Assembly (NCBI GenBank): GCA_965649225.1
Contig: CBFGJX010000003.1
Location: forward strand, 32,001 to 96,000
Length of the DNA: 64,000 nt
Source of the DNA: a candidate division WOR-3 bacterium
Lineage (GTDB): Bacteria; Hydrothermota; Tepidihabitantia; Tepidihabitantales; Tepidihabitantaceae
Direction of reading: 5' to 3'
Shown here: positions 1-8,087 of the stretch, piece by piece
How positions within the stretch are numbered: position 1 is the stretch's first letter
How the letters are laid out: each line of letters opens with the position of its first letter
Made by a program: the position numbers and the translations under genes
Notes under the pieces: generated by a model
What the model saw: the letters and a program-made list of their open reading frames with translations, nothing else
Databases searched by the model: none
Told to the model about the DNA's origin: nothing

Positions 1-884
1 CGGGTGACCAGTACTTCGTAGCCGGCGTCCTGCAGGCGTCGTTTCAACCGCCGGACAATGTCCCACGTCACCTGCTGCTCATGAGTGCCGTTTGCTCCGA
101 CTGCTCCCGGGTCGCTGCCACCGTGTCCGGGGTCCAGCACTATCCGGTTGACCCGTCGTTCCGGCAGCGGCCAGACCAGCACCTCAACCGCACCACTTCG
201 GTTCACCGTCCGGACACCGGACGGGCGACGAAAACTCAAACACAGCCGCGTGCCGGCGCCGCTGTCGACACTTATTCCCTTCAGCGTTCCAACGCCGGTA
301 ATGCCAATCAGCCGGACCTGGCTGGTGAAATCGTTTTCAGCCCTTGCCCCAAGACTCAACCGGTACTCCAGACTTGAGGGTCGTTCTCCCCGCAGCGGTA
401 CCGAGTCGCCCGGGCGAGCCCCCTCGATTCTAAGTGTAACTACCACCGTATCGCCCCGGACGCCGGTCTCCGCCCGGCGCAGAACCGCCCCATTCCAGTC
501 CGGAAACAGACCAGGCAGGACAACGATCGGCAGCAGCAGGACGCCACTGTCGACTACCGGTCGGGCAATCAGCTGCACCGGGTTTGATCCATGCAGGACC
601 AGCGTAGTGTCAGGACGAAACACATACTCCTCACCCGGACCGCTGTCTGTACCGGGAAGCACAACGATGTAGCGCCCGTTAACCGACCAGTGTCGCCCGC
701 CAAAGGCGGCGGCCAGCCTTCCCAGCTGAACATAATCAACACCACCTATCGTCCGGGTCGGCAACTCGCGACCGGCTACCCGGATTGTCCCGGCAAGGGC
801 CGAATTGACGACCAGCAGCAACCCAGTGAGCAGCGTAAGCCGAATGCTGCGACCGTTGGCGCCAGACTTTCGCTTCCCGCTCAT
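1..884 (-). CDS. N-acetylmuramoyl-L-alanine amidase (Amidase_3 family), 3' end runs off the window start
   Basis: Not in the ORF track. Manual minus-strand translation from ATG 884 (overlaps the smpB TGA) gives MSGKRKSG...LTLLTGLLLVVNSALA (signal peptide) and then RIVLDPGHGGSDPGAVGANGTHEQQVTWDIVRRLKRRLQDAGYEVLVTR, the Amidase_3 signature. Confidence 0.9.
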   Translation of the reverse strand, partial: MSGKRKSGANGRSIRLTLLTGLLLVVNSALAGTIRVAGRELPTRTIGGVDYVQLGRLAAAFGGRHWSVNGRYIVVLPGTDSGPGEEYVFRPDTTLVLHGSNPVQLIARPVVDSGVLLLPIVVLPGLFPDWNGAVLRRAETGVRGDTVVVTLRIEGARPGDSVPLRGERPSSLEYRLSLGARAENDFTSQVRLIGITGVGTLKGISVDSGAGTRLCLSFRRPSGVRTVNRSGAVEVLVWPLPERRVNRIVLDPGHGGSDPGAVGANGTHEQQVTWDIVRRLKRRLQDAGYEVLVT

Positions 885-1345
885 CGCCTTCCTTTCCACC
901 CGGACGCCTGTCGCTCGTCCATTTCCATCGCCCGACGCTTCAGGTCCTCACGCCGGTCGTGCATCTTCTTGCCACGACACAACCCCAGTTCCACTTTCGC
1001 CAGACCGCGGTCATTGAAATAGACTTTCAGGGGTATCAGGGTATAACCTCTCAACTGGGTCTTGCCAAAAAGACGCTTGATCTGGTCAGCATGAAGCAGA
1101 AGCCGCCGACGCCGTTTCGGGTCGTGATTGAAAACATTACCTTGGGCGTAGGGTGAAATGTTAACATCGTGGAGCCACACCTGTCCATTTTCGACCGAGG
1201 CGTAGCCTCCATCCAATGAGACCGCCCCGGAACGCAAAGACTTGACCTCGGTGCCGACCAGCTCAATCCCTGCCTCAAACCTCTCAAATACCTGATAATC
1301 CCGAAGAGCCTTCCGGTTAGTGGCAACTGGCCTCACTTCTTTCAT
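881..1345 (-). CDS. smpB: SsrA-binding protein SmpB
   Basis: VATNRKALRDY, EAGIELVGTEVKSLR, HDPKRRRRLLLH and GKKMHDRRE motifs. Start is ATG 1345 or, given the promoter geometry, leaderless GTG 1336. Confidence 0.97.
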   Translation of the reverse strand: MKEVRPVATNRKALRDYQVFERFEAGIELVGTEVKSLRSGAVSLDGGYASVENGQVWLHDVNISPYAQGNVFNHDPKRRRRLLLHADQIKRLFGKTQLRGYTLIPLKVYFNDRGLAKVELGLCRGKKMHDRREDLKRRAMEMDERQASGWKGRR

Positions 1346-1371
1346 TATATTACCCGTGGATTGTCCGTCAA
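1344..1371 (-). promoter_or_regulatory. Sigma70-type promoter of smpB
   Basis: TTGACG (1371-1366), 16 nt spacer, TATAAT (1349-1344), 7 nt, then GTG 1336. Confidence 0.75.
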
Positions 1372-1433
1372 CGCAGTGCGACAATCAACCGCCGTCATCT
1401 GTCACTGCGTCATGGTGCGACAATCTCATAAGG

Positions 1434-1468
1434 CCGGTCGGCCACGCGGCTTAGACGTGGCCGACCGG
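1434..1468 (-). terminator. Strong hairpin (possible terminator or attenuator) between the small peptide gene and smpB
   Basis: Perfect 13-bp inverted repeat ccggtcggccacg (1434-1446) / cgtggccgaccgg (1456-1468) with a 9-nt loop. Only a weak U tract follows on the minus strand. Confidence 0.55.
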
Positions 1469-1511
1469 TCGGCAGACCTGCGACATTGCCGCAGGCGAGC
1501 CTTGGCGTCCG

Positions 1512-1568
1512 TTACCTGGGTGGTGGTATTACTGGTCTCGGACGTGGCAGAATCGGAATTCCGTCCAT
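1512..1568 (-). CDS. 18-aa proline/arginine-rich peptide MDGIPILPRPRPVIPPPR
   Basis: ATG GAC GGA ATT CCG ATT CTG CCA CGT CCG AGA CCA GTA ATA CCA CCA CCC AGG TAA. SD GGAGGT (1579-1574) lies 5 nt before the ATG and a sigma54 promoter is directly upstream. Confidence 0.75.
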   Translation of the reverse strand: MDGIPILPRPRPVIPPPR

Positions 1569-1603
1569 GCGGTACCTCCGTTTAGCTAAACGCTCTTCTA
1601 AAA

Positions 1604-1620
1604 AGCAATATTGGTGCCAG
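1604..1620 (-). promoter_or_regulatory. Sigma54 (-24/-12) promoter
   Basis: Minus strand CTGGCAC-CAATA-TTGCT matches TGGCAC-N5-TTGCW with exact spacing. Predicted +1 is near 1593. A sigma54 activator gene is adjacent and rpoN is in the window. Confidence 0.85.
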
Positions 1621-1665
1621 GAATGACCGCGCCTGTAACCAACGCAGATACGCAACTTGCGAAAT

Positions 1666-1775
1666 GGTACTCGATTGTCGCACCGATGGAACCGCGAGTG
1701 ATTTGTCGCAGCGGAACAGACTAATTGGCTAACTGCTTGAAAATAACTTGCTTATTTTTGGGACAAAAACTGCGC
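1666..1775. promoter_or_regulatory. Putative upstream activator sequences and IHF-like site for the sigma54 promoter
   Basis: TGTCGCA half-sites at 1676-1682 and 1704-1710 (GCGAgt-N4-TGTCGC at 1694-1709), GGGACA-N4-CTGCGC at 1760-1775, and IHF-like TTTCAAgcagTTA on the minus strand at 1730-1742. Confidence 0.5.
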
Positions 1776-1781
1776 TCTGCG

Positions 1782-4700
1782 TCAGCTTTCCGGCAGTTCC
1801 CCGCGGTCTATTCCATAGCGGCGGATTAGACGCTGGAGCTGACGTCGATGGGTTCCAAGTTGTTCAGCTGCCTTGCTGACATTTCCGCCGGTACTCTTGA
1901 GCGCTGTCAGGACCTGTTCCTTGTCCAGTGTCCGACGCCTGCCATTCCCGGCTGTCGCATCATCGGCCAAGACGCGAATGTAATCAGGCAGGTCTTCAAT
2001 GCTGATACGCCGGTTCTGTGTCATCAGGACCGCCCGTTCAATGACATTCTGAAACTCTCTGACATTACCGGGCCAGGAATGCTTGGTGAACACCTTGATT
2101 ACCGCGTCGTCAAACCCGGTAACCGGTTTGTCCACACGCAGGGCATAGCGTTTAACAAAGTAACTGGCCAGTTGCGGAATGTCGGATGTCCGTCGGCGCA
2201 ACGGCGGCACGTCAATTGTAACAACGTTCATCCGGTAAAAGAGGTCCTGTCGAAACCGGCCGTCACGTACATCACGTTCCAGGTCCCGGTTTGTCGCGCA
2301 GATCATCCTGACATCGACCTGCCGGACCTTCGTCTCGCCAACCCGGCGAATAACCTTCTCCTCCAGTACCTGGAGCAGCTTGGCCTGCACACTCAGCGGT
2401 GCGTTGGAAACCTCGTCCAGAAAGACCGTGCCACCGTCCGCAGTCTCGAAGATGCCGGGTTTATCGGCAACCGCGCCGGTAAAAGAACCCTTGGCATGGC
2501 CAAAAAGTTCCGACTCCAGCAGCGTCTCGGTCAGGGTACCGCAGTCAACCGAAACGAACTGTTTTCCCCGCCGGGCGCTCTTCGAGTGTATCAGACGGGC
2601 AATCACACCCTTGCCGGTGCCGGTTTCACCGGTCAGCAGCACCGTTGCATCTGACCGGGCGATGCGGTCAACCAGCCGATAAACCTCCTGCATTGCCTTC
2701 GAACGCCCGAGAAAACAACCGGTGGCGGCATCTTCCAGAATATCGGCCCGGACTGCCGACACCTCCTCCTGCAGCCGTCGAAACGTCGCCGAACGGTCAA
2801 TGGTTGCCGCCAGCAGGTTGGATACAGAAGTCAACAGATTGGTGTCTTCGTCAAGAAACAGGTGGGCAGTTATCCTGCTGTCGAGATAGATCGTGCCGAT
2901 GACCTTGCCGTCATTGAGCAGCGGAACGCACAAAAGCGACCGGATTTTGTTCAGCCTGACACTGTTGGAGCTGGCGAATCGGGTGTCAGCGCTGGCATCG
3001 GCGGCAATTATCATCTCGGCCCGGCGTTTGACTCGCCGCAGAACCGAACGGGAAATCGACTCGGCATCCTCCAGGGTTGCCTTGTCCATCCCCCGGCCGG
3101 CGGCCGGCACCAGCCGGTCTTCGTTGACCAGGAACAGCAACCCCCGTTCCGCCCGGGTCACCTCAATGATCAAATCCAGAATCCGTTCGGCAAAGTCTTC
3201 TTTCTCCAGTCCCATCGAAATGAGTTCGCTGAGACGGTAGAATACTTTCAGATACTCGCCGCGCTCCTTCGGCTTCAGCACCATTGTCGCCGAAACCTGC
3301 GTAATCCTGGTCATCAGCTCCTCGGCACGCCGGGCCGCCTCCACCGCACCCAGCTCCCGGAACAGCTTATGCGCCTCGCGGAGATTCTCGGTCGCCCGCC
3401 CGATTTCTTCCTGCGGCACCGGCCGGAAGGAGAACGAAATCCGAAAAAGGTCAACCTTGACATCTCCCGGATTCTGTTTGATCAGGGCCTGCACCGACGC
3501 CACCAGCGACAACGCCAGCTCATACCGACAGCCGCGTTCGCGCAGTATCTCGATGCTGCGCTGCACCTCCTGCACGCCCCGCTCCGGCCGGTCAAGAAGA
3601 CAGTTGGCAAGCCCTGAAAAACGCAGTGCAACAGCGTATTCTTTTGAATTAGGCCGACTTTCCAGCAGCCGTAGCGCCCGCAGCGCTTCAGACGCAGCCC
3701 GTCGGGCATCACCAGTTGCCAGACGCAGTTCAGCGGCCAGCGTATGCAGCAGGGCCAGATTGCGGAGATTGCGCTCCCGACGGATGGTAGCGAAAGCACT
3801 GGCAAGCTCGCGTCTGGCAATGTCAAACTTCTCGGTCCGCAAACCGACTCTGACCCGACAGGCGGCAAGATGAGTACGCAGGAATGTGTCACCCGACGAG
3901 CCGGCCATTCGCGTCGCTTCCTCAATCAGCCGCTCGGCTTCGTCAAAACGTCCCTGTTTTGACCGCAGTTCGGCCAGATTGGCCAGCGTCACCGCCAGCT
4001 CAGTCTGACGGGGAGTGGCCAGACGGGCATGGAGTGCCTGAGCCGTGTCGAAATACTTCCCGGCGGCACCCCAGTCGCCTCGCTCATCACAGACTGTTCC
4101 GAGATTGCTGTTGAGGTCTGCGGCAACGGCGGTGTCACCAATCCGGTCGGCATAGCCCAGCGCCTCGCTGAAGTAGTCGTGAGCCCGGTCCCATTCTCCT
4201 TCTTCCAGACTGATGACCCCCAGTCCCTGCAGCGAGTGCATCAACAGGTCAACATCGCCAGCCTGGCGGTGTTCGGCCATTTTCCGTTCGTAGAATTCGC
4301 GCGCCTTCTCGTTCGAGCCCCGCCGGAGCCAGAGCGTGGCGATAAACTGGCTCACCTTGCCGGCATTGTGCCGGTCGCCGAGCGAATCATAGGTTGCCAG
4401 ACTGCGCTCGGCCAGCTGCAGCGCCAGCACCGGATCGCGCCGAGAAAAAGCCTGGACACTGAAATAGTAGAGCGTCGCTGCCGAAAGCCGGCCGTACTGG
4501 GCCGAACCGGCACGTCGCAGTTTTTCGACATACTGCAACGAACGGGTCAGCAACTCCTCGGCCTTGGCATGGTTACCCTGCATGCAGTAACACCAGCCAA
4601 GATTGTTAAGGAGATTGATGTGCACTACCGAGCCCGTCTCGCGCAGCATCGACAGCGCCTGGTTATAGAAACTGATCGCCTCATCAAGACGACCCAGCTT

Positions 4701-7022
4701 CTCGTAAACGGTTCCCAGCGACTGGAGAAACTGCGCCAGCAATGTGCTGTCGCCGCTCAGTTCCTTGTCGGCGACGACAATACTCATTCCCTGTTTGAAA
4801 CAGTCGACGGCGTCGGCATGACGCCCGGTAAGACAACGCAGGACTCCCACCAGCCGCATCAGCTCCGCCTTTTCGCGCGCCGAAGGAATCTGCGCCGGCA
4901 GAGCCAGCGCCGTCTCGTAGAAAGTCAAAGCTTGTTCCCAGAGCTGATAGCGACGAGCACGGTCCCCGGCTCGAATCGAATAGTGATAAGCCCGGTCGCT
5001 GATGCCCGCCTGAGTGTAGTGGTGGGCGAGGTCGAAAATCAGTCGATCCTGCCGTTCTGGATAAAGCAGTTCCAGCGCCAGCGCCACACGGCGGTGACAG
5101 TCGCGCCGCTGAGCCACGGTCTGGTCATCGGTAATCACCGCTTCAAGAATCTTGCTGGCCAGAATCAGATAACCCTCACCATCGCCGACATGCGTCCGCA
5201 GTATCCCCAGCGCCTTGAGCCGCCCCACTGCGGCAAACAGTGTCTTTTCATCAATCCCGAGCACCGCCCGCAGAAAATCGAGGGTGAACGGCCCCGCTGC
5301 CGCGCCAACCCGAAGAATCTCCCGCTCCTCATCCGACAGCTTCTCCAGCCGCAGCTTGACGACTTCAGCAACAGTTGCCGGTACTCGATACGACTGCAAA
5401 GCATCCAGCTCCAGCACCCAGCGGACACCACGCTGGACGACGATACCCTTGTCAACCAGTCCGTGGACAGTTTCGATGACGAAAAGCGGGTTGCCGGCGG
5501 TGACGCCCATCAACCAGTCCACCAGTTTGTCAAGGTAGGTAACCTCACCAAGCAATGAACCAACCAGAGCCCGCACTTCATCGCTGGTCATCGGCGGGAC
5601 AGCGATGTGCCGGAAACCCGGGTGCCGCTCCAACTCGGCGATGAGCTCAATAAAACGTTTCTCTTTCAGCCCGGCCACCGCAATCAGCAGCCGCTCGTCG
5701 GCCAGGCTGAAAACCAGATAACGTAAAAACTCCAGGCTGGTAGGGTCGAACGACTCGAAATCGTCCACCATCAACACCAGACTGTGTTCGACCCGCGTCG
5801 AGCTGGCATACTCTTTCAACTTGCGGGCGACGCTCTCAAAGACGAGGTACTTGGTTTCTTCGGGCACGAAACCGGTCAAGTCACCAGCCATCGGCAGGCT
5901 GCCGCCGTCCTGAAGCCGAAGCTGTGTGATTAGCGACTCAACCAGCGATTGCGGCCGGGCACCAAGCGACACCGGTTCAAAACGAAGGATCGTGGCGCCT
6001 TCGATCTGAGCCTGGAAACGGAACTCGGCAAGCAGCCGACTCTTGCCAACGCCGCGTTCACCCGAAATACACACCGCTCCGGCTCGGCCCTTGCCGGCTT
6101 CCGCCAGGAGAGCGCTGAGCTGAGCCAGCTGCTCGGACCGACCGACAAAACCCGGTGCCATCAGATACCAGCGATTGCCGGTCGAAAGCTCCTCGGGCAG
6201 ACTGCCAGCCAGCGTTTCGATTACCGCCGAGGCCGAACGGGGACGCCTTTCCGGTTCCCGCTGGGTCAAGGCGGTAATCAACAAATCAATATGTTCCGGG
6301 ATACTCGGATTGACTTTACGCGGCGGCTCCAGTCCACTCTGGTACTGTGTGCGCAGCCAGTTGCGCAGACTTGGCTCATGGGCCGGACCGACCCCGGTGA
6401 GAATTTCATAGAGAACTATCCCGAGGGAATAGAGGTCGGCACGGGCGTCAGCGTCGCCCCCCTTGAAGACCTCGGGCGCGATATAGCCTAACGTCCCGCG
6501 CGGTTCGTTGGCTTCGACCAGCGATACCTGCTCGGCGAATCCGAAATCCAGCAACTTGGCTTCAAAACCGTTATCGCACCGGCGCACCAGAATGTTCTGC
6601 GGTTTGAGGTCGCAGTGAATCAGACCCTGACTGTGAATTGTGTCAAGCGCATCCAGCAGCTGCAGCAACACTGCTGTCAGGTCATCAGGGTTGCAGTTCT
6701 TGTTAAAGACCTGATTGATCGGCTGGCCCGGAAAGTAGTCCATCGTGAAGAACGGCCGGTGGTCAGCGGTTGTTCCGAAATCATGTACGGCAATGATGCC
6801 TTTGTGGGCAAACCGGGAGAGATAATAGAACTCGCGGTTCAGCTGTGTCTCTGCTTCACGGGGTACCCCGCCTAGCAACACCTTCAGCGCGAGGACCTTG
6901 CCGCCGATGATATCCTTTACCCGGTAAACTTCAGTGACTTCACCACCACCCAGTCGTTCAATCACTTGAAAGCGGTCAGAAATCAACTGGCCGGGCTGGT
7001 ACGAGCCGGTTTGATTCTGCAC
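1782..7022 (-). CDS. Multidomain sigma54-dependent activator: Ser/Thr kinase + AAA/STAND-like NTPase + TPR + GAF + sigma54 AAA+ + Fis HTH
   Basis: Kinase motifs ALKVL, IHCDLKPQN, DFG, GTLGYIAPE and DLYSLG; P-loop SGERGVGKS and Walker B LMVDD; long TPR-like helical tract; GAF (SLLCVPL, IGTIYLD); bEBP motifs GETGTGKG, ESELFGHAKGSFTGA, FLDEV, FRQDLFYR and WPGNVRE; HTH GGNVSKAAEQLG. The track ORF extends to 7064, but GTG 7022 follows a promoter. Confidence 0.93.
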   Translation of the reverse strand: MQNQTGSYQPGQLISDRFQVIERLGGGEVTEVYRVKDIIGGKVLALKVLLGGVPREAETQLNREFYYLSRFAHKGIIAVHDFGTTADHRPFFTMDYFPGQPINQVFNKNCNPDDLTAVLLQLLDALDTIHSQGLIHCDLKPQNILVRRCDNGFEAKLLDFGFAEQVSLVEANEPRGTLGYIAPEVFKGGDADARADLYSLGIVLYEILTGVGPAHEPSLRNWLRTQYQSGLEPPRKVNPSIPEHIDLLITALTQREPERRPRSASAVIETLAGSLPEELSTGNRWYLMAPGFVGRSEQLAQLSALLAEAGKGRAGAVCISGERGVGKSRLLAEFRFQAQIEGATILRFEPVSLGARPQSLVESLITQLRLQDGGSLPMAGDLTGFVPEETKYLVFESVARKLKEYASSTRVEHSLVLMVDDFESFDPTSLEFLRYLVFSLADERLLIAVAGLKEKRFIELIAELERHPGFRHIAVPPMTSDEVRALVGSLLGEVTYLDKLVDWLMGVTAGNPLFVIETVHGLVDKGIVVQRGVRWVLELDALQSYRVPATVAEVVKLRLEKLSDEEREILRVGAAAGPFTLDFLRAVLGIDEKTLFAAVGRLKALGILRTHVGDGEGYLILASKILEAVITDDQTVAQRRDCHRRVALALELLYPERQDRLIFDLAHHYTQAGISDRAYHYSIRAGDRARRYQLWEQALTFYETALALPAQIPSAREKAELMRLVGVLRCLTGRHADAVDCFKQGMSIVVADKELSGDSTLLAQFLQSLGTVYEKLGRLDEAISFYNQALSMLRETGSVVHINLLNNLGWCYCMQGNHAKAEELLTRSLQYVEKLRRAGSAQYGRLSAATLYYFSVQAFSRRDPVLALQLAERSLATYDSLGDRHNAGKVSQFIATLWLRRGSNEKAREFYERKMAEHRQAGDVDLLMHSLQGLGVISLEEGEWDRAHDYFSEALGYADRIGDTAVAADLNSNLGTVCDERGDWGAAGKYFDTAQALHARLATPRQTELAVTLANLAELRSKQGRFDEAERLIEEATRMAGSSGDTFLRTHLAACRVRVGLRTEKFDIARRELASAFATIRRERNLRNLALLHTLAAELRLATGDARRAASEALRALRLLESRPNSKEYAVALRFSGLANCLLDRPERGVQEVQRSIEILRERGCRYELALSLVASVQALIKQNPGDVKVDLFRISFSFRPVPQEEIGRATENLREAHKLFRELGAVEAARRAEELMTRITQVSATMVLKPKERGEYLKVFYRLSELISMGLEKEDFAERILDLIIEVTRAERGLLFLVNEDRLVPAAGRGMDKATLEDAESISRSVLRRVKRRAEMIIAADASADTRFASSNSVRLNKIRSLLCVPLLNDGKVIGTIYLDSRITAHLFLDEDTNLLTSVSNLLAATIDRSATFRRLQEEVSAVRADILEDAATGCFLGRSKAMQEVYRLVDRIARSDATVLLTGETGTGKGVIARLIHSKSARRGKQFVSVDCGTLTETLLESELFGHAKGSFTGAVADKPGIFETADGGTVFLDEVSNAPLSVQAKLLQVLEEKVIRRVGETKVRQVDVRMICATNRDLERDVRDGRFRQDLFYRMNVVTIDVPPLRRRTSDIPQLASYFVKRYALRVDKPVTGFDDAVIKVFTKHSWPGNVREFQNVIERAVLMTQNRRISIEDLPDYIRVLADDATAGNGRRRTLDKEQVLTALKSTGGNVSKAAEQLGTHRRQLQRLIRRYGIDRGELPES

Positions 7023-7030
7023 AACGGCCC

Positions 7031-7157
7031 AATATACTGCCGTCCTCTGTCTTGTCAATAGCAACAGCTCAGGGTGCCAATCTCTATATCTTTCACATCT
7101 CTGGACTTATTACGAGCCACCGACTCTGTTTGACTTGTCGCACCGGGCCGCTAGAAT
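7031..7157. promoter_or_regulatory. Divergent sigma70-type promoters (activator gene and yitT-like gene)
   Basis: Minus: TTGACA (7058-7053)-16-TATATT (7036-7031)-8-GTG. Plus: TTGACT (7130-7135)-16-TAGAAT (7152-7157)-9-ATG. Confidence 0.7.
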
Positions 7158-7166
7158 TCTGCGTTC

Positions 7167-8024
7167 ATGGCAAATCGCATCAGGCACCATCTGAGCCAGA
7201 CGATACTTATCGTTATCGGCTCGGTAGTGATGGCTCTCTCGTACAATCTCTTCCTCATCCCCCACCAGATTGTCCCTGGTGGTGCCGGCGGCATCGCCAT
7301 GATTCTCAATCACTTCTTCGGCACGCCAGTCGGTCTTGCCATCGTTTTCATCAACATCCCGCTGTTCATCATCGGTATCCGGGTCTTGGGCAAGAGCTAC
7401 GGAGTCAAGTCACTGTTGGGAATTGCACTCTCCTCGGCAATGATCGACGGCACCAGCTATCTGCTGAAAGTTCATTCCGCAACCGACAACCCGATACTGG
7501 CCTGCATCTTCGGTGGCATAATGCTCGGCGCCGGTCTGGGACTGGTATTCCGCGGCGGCGGTTCTACTGGGGGGTCCGATATCGTCGGTCAGGTTATCAG
7601 CCATTACAGCAACCTGTCCACCGGCAGCGCAATTCTGCTTGTCGACGCAATCGTGATCTCGGCGTCCGGGCTTGCCTTCGGTCGCCTCGAAGCTGCCCTC
7701 TACGGCTATGTTAACCTCTATCTGCAGTCACGGTCGATCGACCTTGTCCTCGAAGGTCTCAGTTATACCCGCGCCATTTTTGTCATATCCAGTGCGGCCC
7801 CACAGATTGCCCGTGCCATCACTTTGCGCCTCAACCGCGGCGCGACGGTTATCCCCGCCACCGGCGCCTACACTGGCGAACCAAGAAACATGGTGTTCTG
7901 TGTGATGTCGAAACGTGAAGTTGTCCGTGCCCGCGAGATTGCCCGCGAAATCGATCCCGGTGCATTCATCATCATTACTGACGTCTATGAAGTCCACGGC
8001 CAGGGATTCCGTCCGCGTACCTGA
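7167..8024 (+). CDS. YitT family membrane protein
   Basis: GGAGGIA, NIPLF, GGSTGGSDIV, RGAT...GAYTGE and IDPGAFI...EVHGQGF motifs. Confidence 0.9.
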   Translation: MANRIRHHLSQTILIVIGSVVMALSYNLFLIPHQIVPGGAGGIAMILNHFFGTPVGLAIVFINIPLFIIGIRVLGKSYGVKSLLGIALSSAMIDGTSYLLKVHSATDNPILACIFGGIMLGAGLGLVFRGGGSTGGSDIVGQVISHYSNLSTGSAILLVDAIVISASGLAFGRLEAALYGYVNLYLQSRSIDLVLEGLSYTRAIFVISSAAPQIARAITLRLNRGATVIPATGAYTGEPRNMVFCVMSKREVVRAREIAREIDPGAFIIITDVYEVHGQGFRPRT

Positions 8025-8087
8025 AGTGACCCCGCTTTCGTCGCCACTCCGACCTTGTCGTGCCTTTGACTTCCTGACGTCTCGTCA

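Noticed and set aside
81..1022. Plus-strand ORFs 81-377, 85-672, 591-1022 and 805-1017
   Set aside because: Antisense shadows of the amidase and smpB genes.
1361..1585. 74-aa plus-strand ORF
   Set aside because: TTG start without SD or promoter; antisense to the well-signposted peptide gene.
1361..1780. tmRNA (ssrA) next to smpB
   Set aside because: No tRNA-like 5' GGGG or 3' T-arm/CCA ends and no tag reading frame were found; the region is explained by the sigma54 promoter, peptide ORF and hairpins.
1848..6875. Long plus-strand ORFs (for example 509 aa at 4029-5558)
   Set aside because: Antisense frames of the activator gene, expected at high GC; no recognisable motifs.
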